NCBI GenBank assembly: GCA_965116875.1
Contig: OZ220733.1
Location: forward strand, 2,560,001-2,624,000
Direction of reading: 5' to 3'
DNA: 64,000 nt
DNA from: Candidatus Latescibacterota bacterium
GTDB lineage: Bacteria > Latescibacterota > UBA2968 > GCA-2709665
Shown here: in pieces, positions 47,691-57,304 of the stretch
Layout: every line of letters starts with the position of its first letter
Numbering within the stretch: the first letter of the stretch is position 1
The notes under the pieces: generated by a model
Seen by the model: only the letters and a program-made list of their open reading frames with translations
What the model was told of the DNA's origin: nothing
Databases searched by the model: none
Made by a program: the position numbers and the translations under genes

Positions 47691-49850
47691 ATGAAACGTC
47701 CTGTACTTCATCTGTTCCTGTTCGTTTTGCTCGGGTTTTTCTTTGCTCCTTTGTCGTCTGTCCCTGCGTCTTCCCCTCCCGGTGACAGCCTGCATATCTG
47801 CGCCGTCGAGGACTATGAGCTGTTGCGACGTGATCACGAACGCCCCGCGGCGAAGCGGATTGCGAATCTGAACACAGGCGAGCCGCGCACGGTGCGAATG
47901 ATCTACTTCCTGCCAAACGACTGGCCGTACCGCGCCGAAGTGGTGGATTCGATGAAGTCGGTGATCGTGCGGAGTCAGACCTTCTTTCGCGAGCAAATGC
48001 AGGCACACGGCTACGGCGAATCGACCTTCGCCATCGAGACCGATGTCGGGGGCAGACCGTTGGTGCATCGTGTCGACGGCAAGCATCCCTTCAGCCACTA
48101 CGACAACACGCTCGGCATTGCGGTTATCGCCGAGCTTGAACAGATTTTCGATCTGGATGCGAACATCTATTTCATCGTCCTCGGTACCGATGCGCTTCGT
48201 CAGGGAAATGGAGAGCCGGCGGGAGGCGTCGGTCGATGGCGGACGAAAAATGGCGGCAATTTGGTGGTGTCGGATAGGTTTGGTATGTACCTGATAAGTC
48301 ATGAACTTGGTCACGCCTTTGGACTATCCCACGATTTCAGGGATAGTCGTTACCTCATGTCATACGGACCCAGCCGGAACAGGATCCTGTCGTCGTGTGC
48401 CGCGGAGTACCTGGCCGTACATACCTACTTCAATGCAGACAGCCCAACGTTCGAGGGGGTGCCGCCGACGGTAGAACTCTCCTCGCCTGACAGATATAAA
48501 CCCGGGACAACCAGCGTACCCGTTCAACTTCAGGTCGCCGATCCGGACGGTGTACATCAGGTCGTCCTGTTTGGCCGCGGCTTTGGCGGTTTTGAAGTGG
48601 TGGCGTGTCGTGTATTTGACGGGCAGCGCGAAACACTCGTCGATTTCGAGTATACCGGCGCGATACCATCAGTTGACGCATCCAGACTCGCGGACTCTCC
48701 TGCACATACATTGTACATCGAGGCTCTAGACATTCATGGCGACGTGCGAATTGAGGAATACACCCTTGCCGAGATTTCTCCGTCCAACATCGCTACCTGG
48801 AAGGGTCATTCGGATTGGGTTAATTCGGTGTCTTTTTCACCTGATGGAAAAATACTTGCTTCCGGATCTGAAGATCGCACGGTCAAGCTGTGGGACGCTT
48901 CGACCCAGGCGCACGTCGCTACCCTTGAAGCACAATCTGGAGTCGATGCTGTGGCGTTTTCACCCGATGGCGCCACGCTGGCTGTCGATTCGTGGGAAGC
49001 TGTCAAGCTGTGGGACGTGGGGACCCGCGATCTGATCGACACTGTGAAAGGACATAGCAGTTTCATCCTGTCGGTGACGTTTTCACCTGATGGCAAGCTG
49101 CTCGCTTCCGGGTCGGGGGATTTCACGGTCAAGCTGTGGGACGTAAGTACCCGCGATCTGATCGACACCCTGGAAGGACATAGCGTGATGGTAACGACGG
49201 TGTCGTTTTCACCAGATGGAACACTGCTCGCTTCCGGATCTCACGATAACACGGTCAGACTGTGGGACGTGTCAACAAGGCGCAATATTGCCACCCTTGC
49301 GGTTCAGAAATTTGGAGTCTGGTCTGTCGCGTTTTCACCCGACGGGGCAACACTCGCGGTCGCAACCGTCAGTGCGGTCGAATTGTGGGACGTGGCCAGG
49401 AGCGTACGTATCGCTTCGATCGAGGAATCGGGTGGGGTTAATTCGGTCGCTTACTCGCAAGACGGAAGTGTAATCGCTTCCGCAGCTTACGACAGAACGG
49501 TCAAGCTGTGGGACGCCGCGACAAGACGAAATCTCACCACCTTTCCACATACTGCTGTGGTCAATTCAGTTTCGTTTTCATCGGATCGGAGTACCCTCGC
49601 CGCCGGGTTACAAGATGGAACGATCGCTCTGTGGGATGTTGCGCAGTACATCGCCCCGCCAGCACCGGATCCCGACTTCGACGGTGATGGAACGGTGGGA
49701 TTTCCGGATTTCCTGCTGTTTGCGGTTGTTTACGGTCTGAGCCAGGGAGACGCAGGATATGATGAGCGCTTCGATCTGGACGACAACGGATCCATCGGTT
49801 TCAGCGACTTTCTGATCTTTGGGGAAAGCTACGGCAAGAGCACCTCGTAA
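47691..49850 (+). CDS. Secreted metzincin peptidase + WD40 propeller + C-terminal dockerin-like domain
   Basis: Signal peptide MKRPVLHLFLF; HELGHAFGLSH...YLMSY; seven WD40 repeats; PDFDGDGTVGFPDF...FDLDDNGSIGFSDF. Confidence 0.9.
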   Translation: MKRPVLHLFLFVLLGFFFAPLSSVPASSPPGDSLHICAVEDYELLRRDHERPAAKRIANLNTGEPRTVRMIYFLPNDWPYRAEVVDSMKSVIVRSQTFFREQMQAHGYGESTFAIETDVGGRPLVHRVDGKHPFSHYDNTLGIAVIAELEQIFDLDANIYFIVLGTDALRQGNGEPAGGVGRWRTKNGGNLVVSDRFGMYLISHELGHAFGLSHDFRDSRYLMSYGPSRNRILSSCAAEYLAVHTYFNADSPTFEGVPPTVELSSPDRYKPGTTSVPVQLQVADPDGVHQVVLFGRGFGGFEVVACRVFDGQRETLVDFEYTGAIPSVDASRLADSPAHTLYIEALDIHGDVRIEEYTLAEISPSNIATWKGHSDWVNSVSFSPDGKILASGSEDRTVKLWDASTQAHVATLEAQSGVDAVAFSPDGATLAVDSWEAVKLWDVGTRDLIDTVKGHSSFILSVTFSPDGKLLASGSGDFTVKLWDVSTRDLIDTLEGHSVMVTTVSFSPDGTLLASGSHDNTVRLWDVSTRRNIATLAVQKFGVWSVAFSPDGATLAVATVSAVELWDVARSVRIASIEESGGVNSVAYSQDGSVIASAAYDRTVKLWDAATRRNLTTFPHTAVVNSVSFSSDRSTLAAGLQDGTIALWDVAQYIAPPAPDPDFDGDGTVGFPDFLLFAVVYGLSQGDAGYDERFDLDDNGSIGFSDFLIFGESYGKSTS

Positions 49851-49980
49851 AACGAATGGTCCGCATTATCGTGGTTCGCAAGGGCTTGAACGTGCTTCCT
49901 GGACGCGCATATCTGTTTCAACCCGATTCTCCCGGCTGAAGCCGGGCCTCGACCTGCAATTGAACACGGCGGTTTGACCT

Positions 49981-51369
49981 GTGACTCCCTGGAAGCGCAA
50001 AATGTGTTTTGCCGCGCTCGCACTGCTGGCATTCTTGTGCCACGCCGCGACTGGCGTCAGTTCAGACGATGATCGCTGGACGCCTCATGTCATCTCCGTC
50101 GACGCCATGGGCGAGGATACCGCGTCCATTCCCGACTTCGACGGCGACGGCATGATCGCCTTTGGCGACTTTCTGATCTTCGCGGATGTGTACGGTACAC
50201 GTGACGGCGACGACAAATACGACGCCACGTATGATCTGAACGGCGACGGGGCGATCGGATTTTTCGATTTTGTGATCTTCGCGGAGAACTACGGGAAAGA
50301 GGTGGTGGTCGCGCAGGCAATTGTGTCGCTGAAGGTGGAGCCTGCGCGACTGACTCCTGCTCATGCGGGCAAACAAGGCGCCGATACGATCGTAGTCACG
50401 GCCCTGGACGGAGAAGAATCACCGGTCGCGGGCGCCATTTACGGATGGTCAACCGACCGGTACTCCGGCTGGGTGTACCCTGCGCACGGCGTCACGGACC
50501 GCCTGGGTCGTTTACAGACGACCTGGGTGGCGGGCTGGCCGGGAGAGGGCACATTGTCGCTCACCGTGGAGAACGAAAGCTTTCGCGTCACGAAAGAACT
50601 GGCGACGCTTTCCACGACACCGGCCAATCCTCCCGCGGGCGATGCGACCATCTGGATCCACAACCGGAATCACCCCAGCGCGGGTTACTCGATCGACATG
50701 ACCCCGCTGACCGAACCGACGGGTACCTTTTACGCAGCGATCCAGTGGGACGGAGGATACACGGGACTGCAGCGGGGAGGAGACCTTTACGATCGACAGC
50801 TTCAATTCTCGGTGTGGGACGCTCCGGGATTTGGCGATGCGGAACTCATCGAAAGGGCGGGCGACGTCGTGTGCGGGACTTTCGGAGGTGAAGGAACGGG
50901 GGTGAAGTGCAGGTTGGACTATCGATGGACGGTCGAGTCGACATATCGCTTCGAAATTACTGAGGAGGAGATGAACGGGGGCAGTGCGATCACCCTGCAC
51001 GTAACCGATCTCGCGACGGAAAGCAGGCGCTTCGTGGGCACCATACGCTTCGCGAGGCGCGCACGGATGAGGAGCTTCGGGATGTTCGTGGAGGACTTCG
51101 CAACAAGAGCACCGCACTGTCTTGCCCGCGAGGTTCGAAGCGTTGCATTCCGCCGTCCAAGGGCGTGGCTCGACGGCGCCTGGGTCGCGCTCTACGTAAT
51201 GACGCGCGGGACACTTTCCGGGTGGACCAATGACGCTTGGAATCCCGGGACACCGAGATGCGCGAACGTCGCCGCGCGCGAACATACTGCAGGACTTGAA
51301 CTGGTCATTGGAGGAAATACGGCCAGTGACCCCAATGCATCGCCCTACTACATTATACCGGCGAACTGA
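49981..51369 (+). CDS. Secreted protein: N-terminal dockerin-like, Ig-like, DUF3472-like domain
   Basis: Leader and dockerin paralogous to 30815; GGYTGLQ...QFSVWD...FGGEGTG...FVEDF. Confidence 0.82.
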   Translation: MTPWKRKMCFAALALLAFLCHAATGVSSDDDRWTPHVISVDAMGEDTASIPDFDGDGMIAFGDFLIFADVYGTRDGDDKYDATYDLNGDGAIGFFDFVIFAENYGKEVVVAQAIVSLKVEPARLTPAHAGKQGADTIVVTALDGEESPVAGAIYGWSTDRYSGWVYPAHGVTDRLGRLQTTWVAGWPGEGTLSLTVENESFRVTKELATLSTTPANPPAGDATIWIHNRNHPSAGYSIDMTPLTEPTGTFYAAIQWDGGYTGLQRGGDLYDRQLQFSVWDAPGFGDAELIERAGDVVCGTFGGEGTGVKCRLDYRWTVESTYRFEITEEEMNGGSAITLHVTDLATESRRFVGTIRFARRARMRSFGMFVEDFATRAPHCLAREVRSVAFRRPRAWLDGAWVALYVMTRGTLSGWTNDAWNPGTPRCANVAAREHTAGLELVIGGNTASDPNASPYYIIPAN

Positions 51370-51468
51370 GGGGCGATTCGGCCGGGCGACGTGCGCAGAA
51401 AGTCGGGACTACACCCTGGACAGTTCTCATCCTCCTGGAGCCCATTCATACCGGGCTTATTTGGCCCG

Positions 51469-52011
51469 CTATGTGGCCCTGTAGAACAGCCTGAGCGTGT
51501 TTTCGTTTCCAAACAGAATATCCAGAAGCGCCTGTATCTCCGGGTCGATCTCGTCCTGACCTCCAAACTGGCTGATCAGGTTCAGGTATCGCTCCTTGTT
51601 CAGGATGAGCGTCAGGTCGCCGCCGTCCACATCGTACTGGCATTGAATGGTAAACCCGTCCTCGGCCACGATCGTGAGCACGTCGTCCTGAACGGACCAG
51701 ACGCCGGAACTGCCGGAATTGTCTTCGAAGGTCCCGTCCGCGTTGAACCGCAGGACGGAAAACCCGGTATCTCGGAAACCCGCTTCCATCTCGTTCCGGA
51801 ATCCGTCCACCATCCGCTGTGCGGACGCCAGGTTCCAGCCCTGGCCCATCAGATAATCGCGGAGGTTGGCCGCTGCCGTGGAGCCGAAATCGGTGCCCCG
51901 GTATGCCCACGAACCGACAAGACCGCGGACAGGCTCCGTGGGTTTGTCTTCCCCGCAGGATATCACAAAGCCGATCAACACCGCCAGGCCGGAAGCCAAT
52001 GACACCCTCAT
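51469..52011 (-). CDS. Lipoprotein, lipocalin-like fold
   Basis: Lipobox VISC; LVGSW; FNADGTF...GVWSV; SD GGAGG before ATG 52011. Confidence 0.8.
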   Translation of the reverse strand: MRVSLASGLAVLIGFVISCGEDKPTEPVRGLVGSWAYRGTDFGSTAAANLRDYLMGQGWNLASAQRMVDGFRNEMEAGFRDTGFSVLRFNADGTFEDNSGSSGVWSVQDDVLTIVAEDGFTIQCQYDVDGGDLTLILNKERYLNLISQFGGQDEIDPEIQALLDILFGNENTLRLFYRAT

Positions 52012-52054
52012 CCGGACGCCCTCCGTCTGTGTTGCAGGCCCGGCTTCGATCCCG

Positions 52055-52597
52055 CTATCTGGCCCGATAGAAGAGTCGCAAAGAGTCGCCGTCGCCAAAG
52101 AGGATATCGAGAAGGGCCAGTGTATCCGTGTCCAGCTCAGTCGCGCCCTCCGTCTGCCTGATGACGTTCAGATAGCGCTCCTTGGTCAGGACAAGCGTCA
52201 GGTCTTCGCCGTCGATAAAGTACTGGCATTGAATGGTAAACCCGTCTTCCTCCACCATCGTGAGCACGTCGCCCAGGACCGACCACACGCCCGAGTTGCC
52301 GGAATTGTCTTCGTAGGTCCTGTCCTCATTGAATCGCACGATTTCCAGGCCGGTTTCACGGAAGCCTCTATCCATCTCGTTCCGGAATTCCGAGACGAAC
52401 TGTTGCGCGGCCGCTGCGTCCACCCCCTGACTCAGCAGGTAATTCTGCAGGTTCGTCGCCGCCGTCGAACTGAAATCGGTTCCCTGATACGTCCATGATC
52501 CTACAAGATCCTGACCCGGCGCCGTTGGTTTATCGTCGCCACACGACAGCACGAAACCAATCAGGACCGCCAAGCCGAAAGTCTGTGTCCGTCCCAA
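52055..52597 (-). CDS. Lipoprotein, lipocalin-like fold (tandem paralog of 51469-52011)
   Basis: TTG start after AAGGAGG; lipobox VLSC; colinear with neighbour. Confidence 0.8.
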   Translation of the reverse strand: MGRTQTFGLAVLIGFVLSCGDDKPTAPGQDLVGSWTYQGTDFSSTAATNLQNYLLSQGVDAAAAQQFVSEFRNEMDRGFRETGLEIVRFNEDRTYEDNSGNSGVWSVLGDVLTMVEEDGFTIQCQYFIDGEDLTLVLTKERYLNVIRQTEGATELDTDTLALLDILFGDGDSLRLFYRAR

Positions 52598-52690
52598 GAA
52601 AATCCTCCTTTGTGATTGTGTGACCGACGTTGCACGACACGATGGATTTGCGCTTCGCCGGAGAATGAGAGGCGTGTTCGATTGACGTGA

Positions 52691-54325
52691 TCAGAAAAGC
52701 GAGAACTCAATCTCCTTCGCTGTAATGAACTCCAGCAGCGCCGGAACGCCTTCTTCCGTCTTCCTGATTCCCCGCTCGATTGCCGGCACGATATCGTCCG
52801 GCGATTCCACGCGTTCTCCGTAGCCTCCGAATGCCTTCGCCATGTCCGCGTAATGCCCGGAAATATCCGTGCTGCGGTATTTTTCCGTGGACACCGGCAT
52901 GATCGGAAGCTCGATTGCCATGCTGAAGTTGTTGAACAGCACCGACAGAATCGGGATCCGCTCCCGAACGGCCGTCTCGAAGTCCATACCCGTAAAACCG
53001 ATGGCGGCATCGCCCCATACGTTGATGCACAGCTTGTCCGGCCGGGCCAGTTTGGCGCCCATGGCCAGGCCGAGTCCGTAACCGAGCTGGGTGGTCTTTC
53101 CCCATCCGATGTAGGAAAGTGGCGTATGGGACTCCCAGAAGGGCGAAAGCTGGTCCCTCGGGCTGCCCGCGTCGTGGGTAATGATCGTATTGGGCACGTC
53201 CACCGTCTGCATCAGGTCCCGGATTACCCGATACGGCGAGAGAGGCGCCTCGTTCAGCGTCAGCTTCGGCATCCACTGAGAGAGCCATTCGCGCTTCACG
53301 GATGCAATCTCCCTTGCCACCTGTTCCGCCCGGCCGCGCGCCCGTCCGTTCAGCCGCGCCCGAACTTCCTCTCCAAGCGCCTCGAGGGTGAGTTTCGCGT
53401 CGCCCGCCAGGGCGTGTTCGACTTCCACGTCCTTGTTGATATCCTCCGTGTCCAGCGTGGCGTGAACCACGCGTTTCCCCTCCGGAATGGGCACCCCGAA
53501 ATTGGTACGCGTAAAACTGCATCCGATTCCAAAGACCAGGTCTGCCTCTTGAAGGAAGTGGTGCACGGTTCCGGGGATGGACCTGCCGCCGGAGCCCAGG
53601 GACAGCCCGTGGTTCTCCGGAAAGGCGCTTTTCCCGCCCAGGCTCGTGGTGACGGGCGCTTCGAGGAGTTCCGCGAGGTCCCGCAGGGCATCCCACGCCT
53701 CGGCATAGTGCACGCCCTGTCCTGCGTAGATGACGGGCCGCCGGGCTTCCAGCAGCATTGTCGCCGCCTTCTCGACCTCGCGCGGGTCCGGACCGGATTT
53801 CAACGAAGGCACGGGCCGGTAGTTGAAGGGCTCTGCAATCTCCTCGTCGAAGACGTCGCCCGGAAATTCCACCAGCACCGGACGCGGGCGACCGTTGCGC
53901 ACCTGCGTAAATGCGCGGCGCATCACCTCGGGCACGGTTTCCGAAAGGATGACCTGCTCGGAGTGCTTGGTCACGTGCCGGTAGTTCAGCGCCGAGTTGA
54001 AATTCGGCTGCACGTTCGTCAGCATTCGGGAATAACCCAGAGGCAGCACAAGGATCGGCGCCGAGTCTCCGAATGCCTGGGCGACGCCGCCGAAGGCGTT
54101 CTCCGATCCGGGGCCGCTCTGCATGCAGAAGACACCAATCTGCCTGCCTGACGTCATTCGGCTCAGCGCGTCGGCCATATGCAGGCCAATGCGCTCCTGG
54201 CGGACGAGAATGGGCCGGATATCCACCTTGGCCGCGGCCTCAATGAGAGGATTCACAGGATAGGCGAACAGGTACTCCACGCCCTCGGCCTTTAATACAT
54301 GGGCTACCGCATCTGCTACGTTCAT
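52691..54325 (-). CDS. Thiamine pyrophosphate-requiring enzyme (acetolactate synthase-like family)
   Basis: VRQE catalytic Glu, QSGPG, GDAAIG...FNN TPP-binding motif. Confidence 0.9.
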   Translation of the reverse strand: MNVADAVAHVLKAEGVEYLFAYPVNPLIEAAAKVDIRPILVRQERIGLHMADALSRMTSGRQIGVFCMQSGPGSENAFGGVAQAFGDSAPILVLPLGYSRMLTNVQPNFNSALNYRHVTKHSEQVILSETVPEVMRRAFTQVRNGRPRPVLVEFPGDVFDEEIAEPFNYRPVPSLKSGPDPREVEKAATMLLEARRPVIYAGQGVHYAEAWDALRDLAELLEAPVTTSLGGKSAFPENHGLSLGSGGRSIPGTVHHFLQEADLVFGIGCSFTRTNFGVPIPEGKRVVHATLDTEDINKDVEVEHALAGDAKLTLEALGEEVRARLNGRARGRAEQVAREIASVKREWLSQWMPKLTLNEAPLSPYRVIRDLMQTVDVPNTIITHDAGSPRDQLSPFWESHTPLSYIGWGKTTQLGYGLGLAMGAKLARPDKLCINVWGDAAIGFTGMDFETAVRERIPILSVLFNNFSMAIELPIMPVSTEKYRSTDISGHYADMAKAFGGYGERVESPDDIVPAIERGIRKTEEGVPALLEFITAKEIEFSLF

Positions 54326-54403
54326 ATGAATCTCCTCATTGTTGCATTTATTGACGATAGAACCGGTACTATTTTCTTTATCTTTTTCTCTTAAGAATAG
54401 GGT

Positions 54404-54441
54404 AGAAGGAAGAAGGAAGAAGGAAGAAGGAAGAAGGAAGA
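54404..54441. repeat. (AGAAGGA)5 heptamer microsatellite
   Basis: Five perfect copies plus AGA. Confidence 0.9.
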
Positions 54442-54521
54442 GATCGCCTGCCTTTAATGTTCCAACTCAGGCCCCTGGTGTCCTGTCCCAAAAATTCCTC
54501 ACCATTCGGCCGCCGATTCAT

Positions 54522-54594
54522 CCCGTCTCGCTACGTTCCCCTCGCTCGCCGACCATACCCAGGTCGCCTGCGCTCCGGCGCCTTGCGAGACGGG
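54522..54594. repeat. Intergenic stem-loop, REP-like
   Basis: CCCGTCTCGC (54522-54531) pairs with GCGAGACGGG (54585-54594). Confidence 0.45.
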
Positions 54595-54723
54595 CGACTC
54601 AGCGACCGAATTCAGGCAACTGATTTCCGGGACAGAACACTGGCAAACCGGAGGAACCTACAGGGCGAGGATTTCTTCTACCGTCTACCGTCTCACGTCT
54701 TCCCGCTGTTCCGGAAACGAGTA

Positions 54724-56121
54724 TTATGGGATCTCTCCTCGAAACGCGTGAGTGCCGTCCTCCCACGCCCCGCCGACCGGCCGCAGCTGGCCGCCGCCCG
54801 TGACGCTCCGCTTGCGGCCGTCTTTCTCCGGGTCCGCATAGGTCGCGAACCAGTCTTCCATCATCGCCCGCATCGACGTCATCCGTGAGGTCTGTGCGGC
54901 GTCGTTCGCCAGATTCTCGCGTTCTTCCGGATCGTTCATCAGGTCGTAGAGTTCGTTGGGACCTTCCGGATAGCGGTGAATATACTTCCAGTCCGCCGTC
55001 CGGACCATCCTGGTTGGTCCGTATTCGTCGTAGACCACCACGGATTCCCGCCTGGAGTCTCCGCGGCCGAGCAGTGCCGGCAGGAAACTTTCGCCCGGCC
55101 GATTCCCTCCCTCGGGAACCGGCAGGTCCAGGTAGTCCAGTAGCGTGGGCATGAAGTCATACGCGCTCACCATCGCGGGCTGCACGAGTCCAGCCGGGAT
55201 TCGTCCCGGATGGCTCATCACGGCCGGCACCTTGACGGAATTCTCGTACATGTTCAGGGGGCGCGTACCGTTCCCCTTGCCCCAGAACCCGTGGTGACCG
55301 CAGCTGAACCCGTTATCGGATACGAAGACAACCAGCGTCTCGTTCCGTATCCCATGCGACTCCAGCCTGTCCAGGATCCGTCCCACGTCGGCATCCATTG
55401 CCGTCACCGCGGCGAAATACCCCTTCAACATTTCCCGGTTGCCCAGGCATTGGTCCGTCAGGCCGATGGCCCAGGGATGCCGGGGTTCCTGCGGGCAGGA
55501 ATCGAACGCGCAATCGTTGTAGGAATCCACGACGTCCTGCGGATGCCCGGTCCACGGACTGTGCGGCGCCGTGTAATGAACGCTCAGGTAGAACGGATCG
55601 TCATCGTTTGCGTGCCGGTCGATAAAGGCGAGCGCGTCGTCCGTAATCACGTGGGTCACGTAACCCGGCGCATCGATCCGTTCGCCGTTTTTCACCATCG
55701 GCGCATCGTTGTACCTGCCGCCGCCTCTTTGATGTACGAACCAGTGTCCGAATCCATGCTGAGATACCTGGCTGTTGCCCAGATGCCACTTGCCGCTGAT
55801 CCCGCAGTTCCAACCGTGTTCCGCCAGCACGTCCGTGTACGTTACCTCTCCCGCAAGGTACGAGGCCGCATCCGATCCCACGTTTCCGTCTCTGATCCAA
55901 TCGTGCACGCCGTGCTGGGAGGCGATGCGGCCCGTCAGAAACGTCGCGCGGCTTGGGGAACAGACCGGCGTCGCCACGAAGAAATTCTCGAACCGAACGC
56001 CCGTGTTCGCGATCCGGTCGATATTGGGGGTACGGATCTCGGGATTGCCGTAGCACCCCGCCGCCCAGACGCCCTGGTCGTCGGTGAGAATAAACACTAC
56101 GTTCGTTCTGCGGGAAACCAC
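54724..56121 (-). CDS. Formylglycine-dependent sulfatase
   Basis: ILTDDQG, CSPSRATFLTG, GKWHLG, SDNG, LYDLMNDPEE. Confidence 0.93.
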   Translation of the reverse strand: MVSRRTNVVFILTDDQGVWAAGCYGNPEIRTPNIDRIANTGVRFENFFVATPVCSPSRATFLTGRIASQHGVHDWIRDGNVGSDAASYLAGEVTYTDVLAEHGWNCGISGKWHLGNSQVSQHGFGHWFVHQRGGGRYNDAPMVKNGERIDAPGYVTHVITDDALAFIDRHANDDDPFYLSVHYTAPHSPWTGHPQDVVDSYNDCAFDSCPQEPRHPWAIGLTDQCLGNREMLKGYFAAVTAMDADVGRILDRLESHGIRNETLVVFVSDNGFSCGHHGFWGKGNGTRPLNMYENSVKVPAVMSHPGRIPAGLVQPAMVSAYDFMPTLLDYLDLPVPEGGNRPGESFLPALLGRGDSRRESVVVYDEYGPTRMVRTADWKYIHRYPEGPNELYDLMNDPEERENLANDAAQTSRMTSMRAMMEDWFATYADPEKDGRKRSVTGGGQLRPVGGAWEDGTHAFRGEIP

Positions 56122-56361
56122 GATCCGTTCCCTTTCTCAAATCCTGCAGACCGCCCTGGCAACGCCGAAAAAAAGCGCGGATTCAGACCGAAATCGAGAT
56201 TCCGCAATCTAATGCGACCGTCTTCAAAAATCAACGTCTATGGCCTGCGACCCCCGCGTCATTTGTCCTTGCCTTCCGCCGGTGAAGGGCGGTATTCTAC
56301 AAAGACTGGGAGACGGGAGAGGGGAGACGTGAACGGAGCGGGCGCAAGTCGGAGGAAGACA

Positions 56362-57273
56362 ATGGAGTTCTCATGTCTTGACCACTGCATGACGGACGAA
56401 CAGCGGGACCACTTCGACCAGCAGGGTTTTCTGATCGTCGAGAACGCGCTGGATCCGGAAATGCTGGAACGTCTGCTGGACGCCGCTGACCGCGTGGATG
56501 CGCGCGAACGGGAAAAACAGGGGCTCGGTCCTGGGAAGCTCATGTCGAAATTCAGAACCATCGTTGAAGACAACGCGTTCCTGGACCTGCTGGACGTGCC
56601 GAAGACATTCCCGCTCATCTGGGACATTCTGGGCTGGAACGTCCAGCACTATATTTCCCACCTGATCTATTACCCGCCCGAGCCCGGGGATACGGTCCAG
56701 GCGAAGACGGGCGGCTGGCATCAGGACGGCGGCCGACCCGTACCGGAGATGGAGCGTCCGCATCCACGGCTGTCGCTGAAGGTCGCATTCTGGCTCTCCG
56801 ACACGAGCGCGCCGAACCGGGGCGGGATTCGCATCGTTCCGAGCAGCCACAAGCGCGACATTCCGCCGGAACGCTGGCCGGAAAGCGGAAACGGGTCCCC
56901 CGAAGCGTCAGGGTTCGAAGACATGATGCAGGTCCGGGTCAAGGCCGGAACCGCGGTCCTCTTCGACCGGCGTCTATGGCATGCACGGGGGCTGAATACC
57001 TCCGAAGTCACTCGAAAAGTGTTGTTTCTGGGCTACAGCTATCGCTGGCTCAGAGGATTGGACTATAACCTGATCCCGGACGAAATCCTCGAAAGATGCG
57101 ATCCGGTTCGACGCCAGCTTCTGGGTGACGGCGTGGACGTCAAGGGATGGTGGCAGCCGACGGATGAGGACGTACCCCTGAAGGGGTGGCTTTTGAAGCA
57201 CAAGGGTGAGTCCTACGTGGAACGGATCGGACAAAAGCAATGGGAACGGGAAAAATGGGCGGCTGTGTCCTGA
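56362..57273 (+). CDS. Phytanoyl-CoA dioxygenase (PhyH) family Fe/2OG enzyme
   Basis: SD GGAGG before ATG 56362; FDQQGFL, WHQD, PSSHK, WHARG...RK. Confidence 0.9.
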   Translation: MEFSCLDHCMTDEQRDHFDQQGFLIVENALDPEMLERLLDAADRVDAREREKQGLGPGKLMSKFRTIVEDNAFLDLLDVPKTFPLIWDILGWNVQHYISHLIYYPPEPGDTVQAKTGGWHQDGGRPVPEMERPHPRLSLKVAFWLSDTSAPNRGGIRIVPSSHKRDIPPERWPESGNGSPEASGFEDMMQVRVKAGTAVLFDRRLWHARGLNTSEVTRKVLFLGYSYRWLRGLDYNLIPDEILERCDPVRRQLLGDGVDVKGWWQPTDEDVPLKGWLLKHKGESYVERIGQKQWEREKWAAVS

Positions 57274-57304
57274 TTCCCGTCCCGAGTTTCAAGGAGGAAG
57301 CGTG

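Noticed and set aside
55210-56361. N-terminal 384 codons of ORF 55210-57273
   Set aside because: Mostly the antisense shadow of the sulfatase; the PhyH gene starts at 56362 after a good SD.
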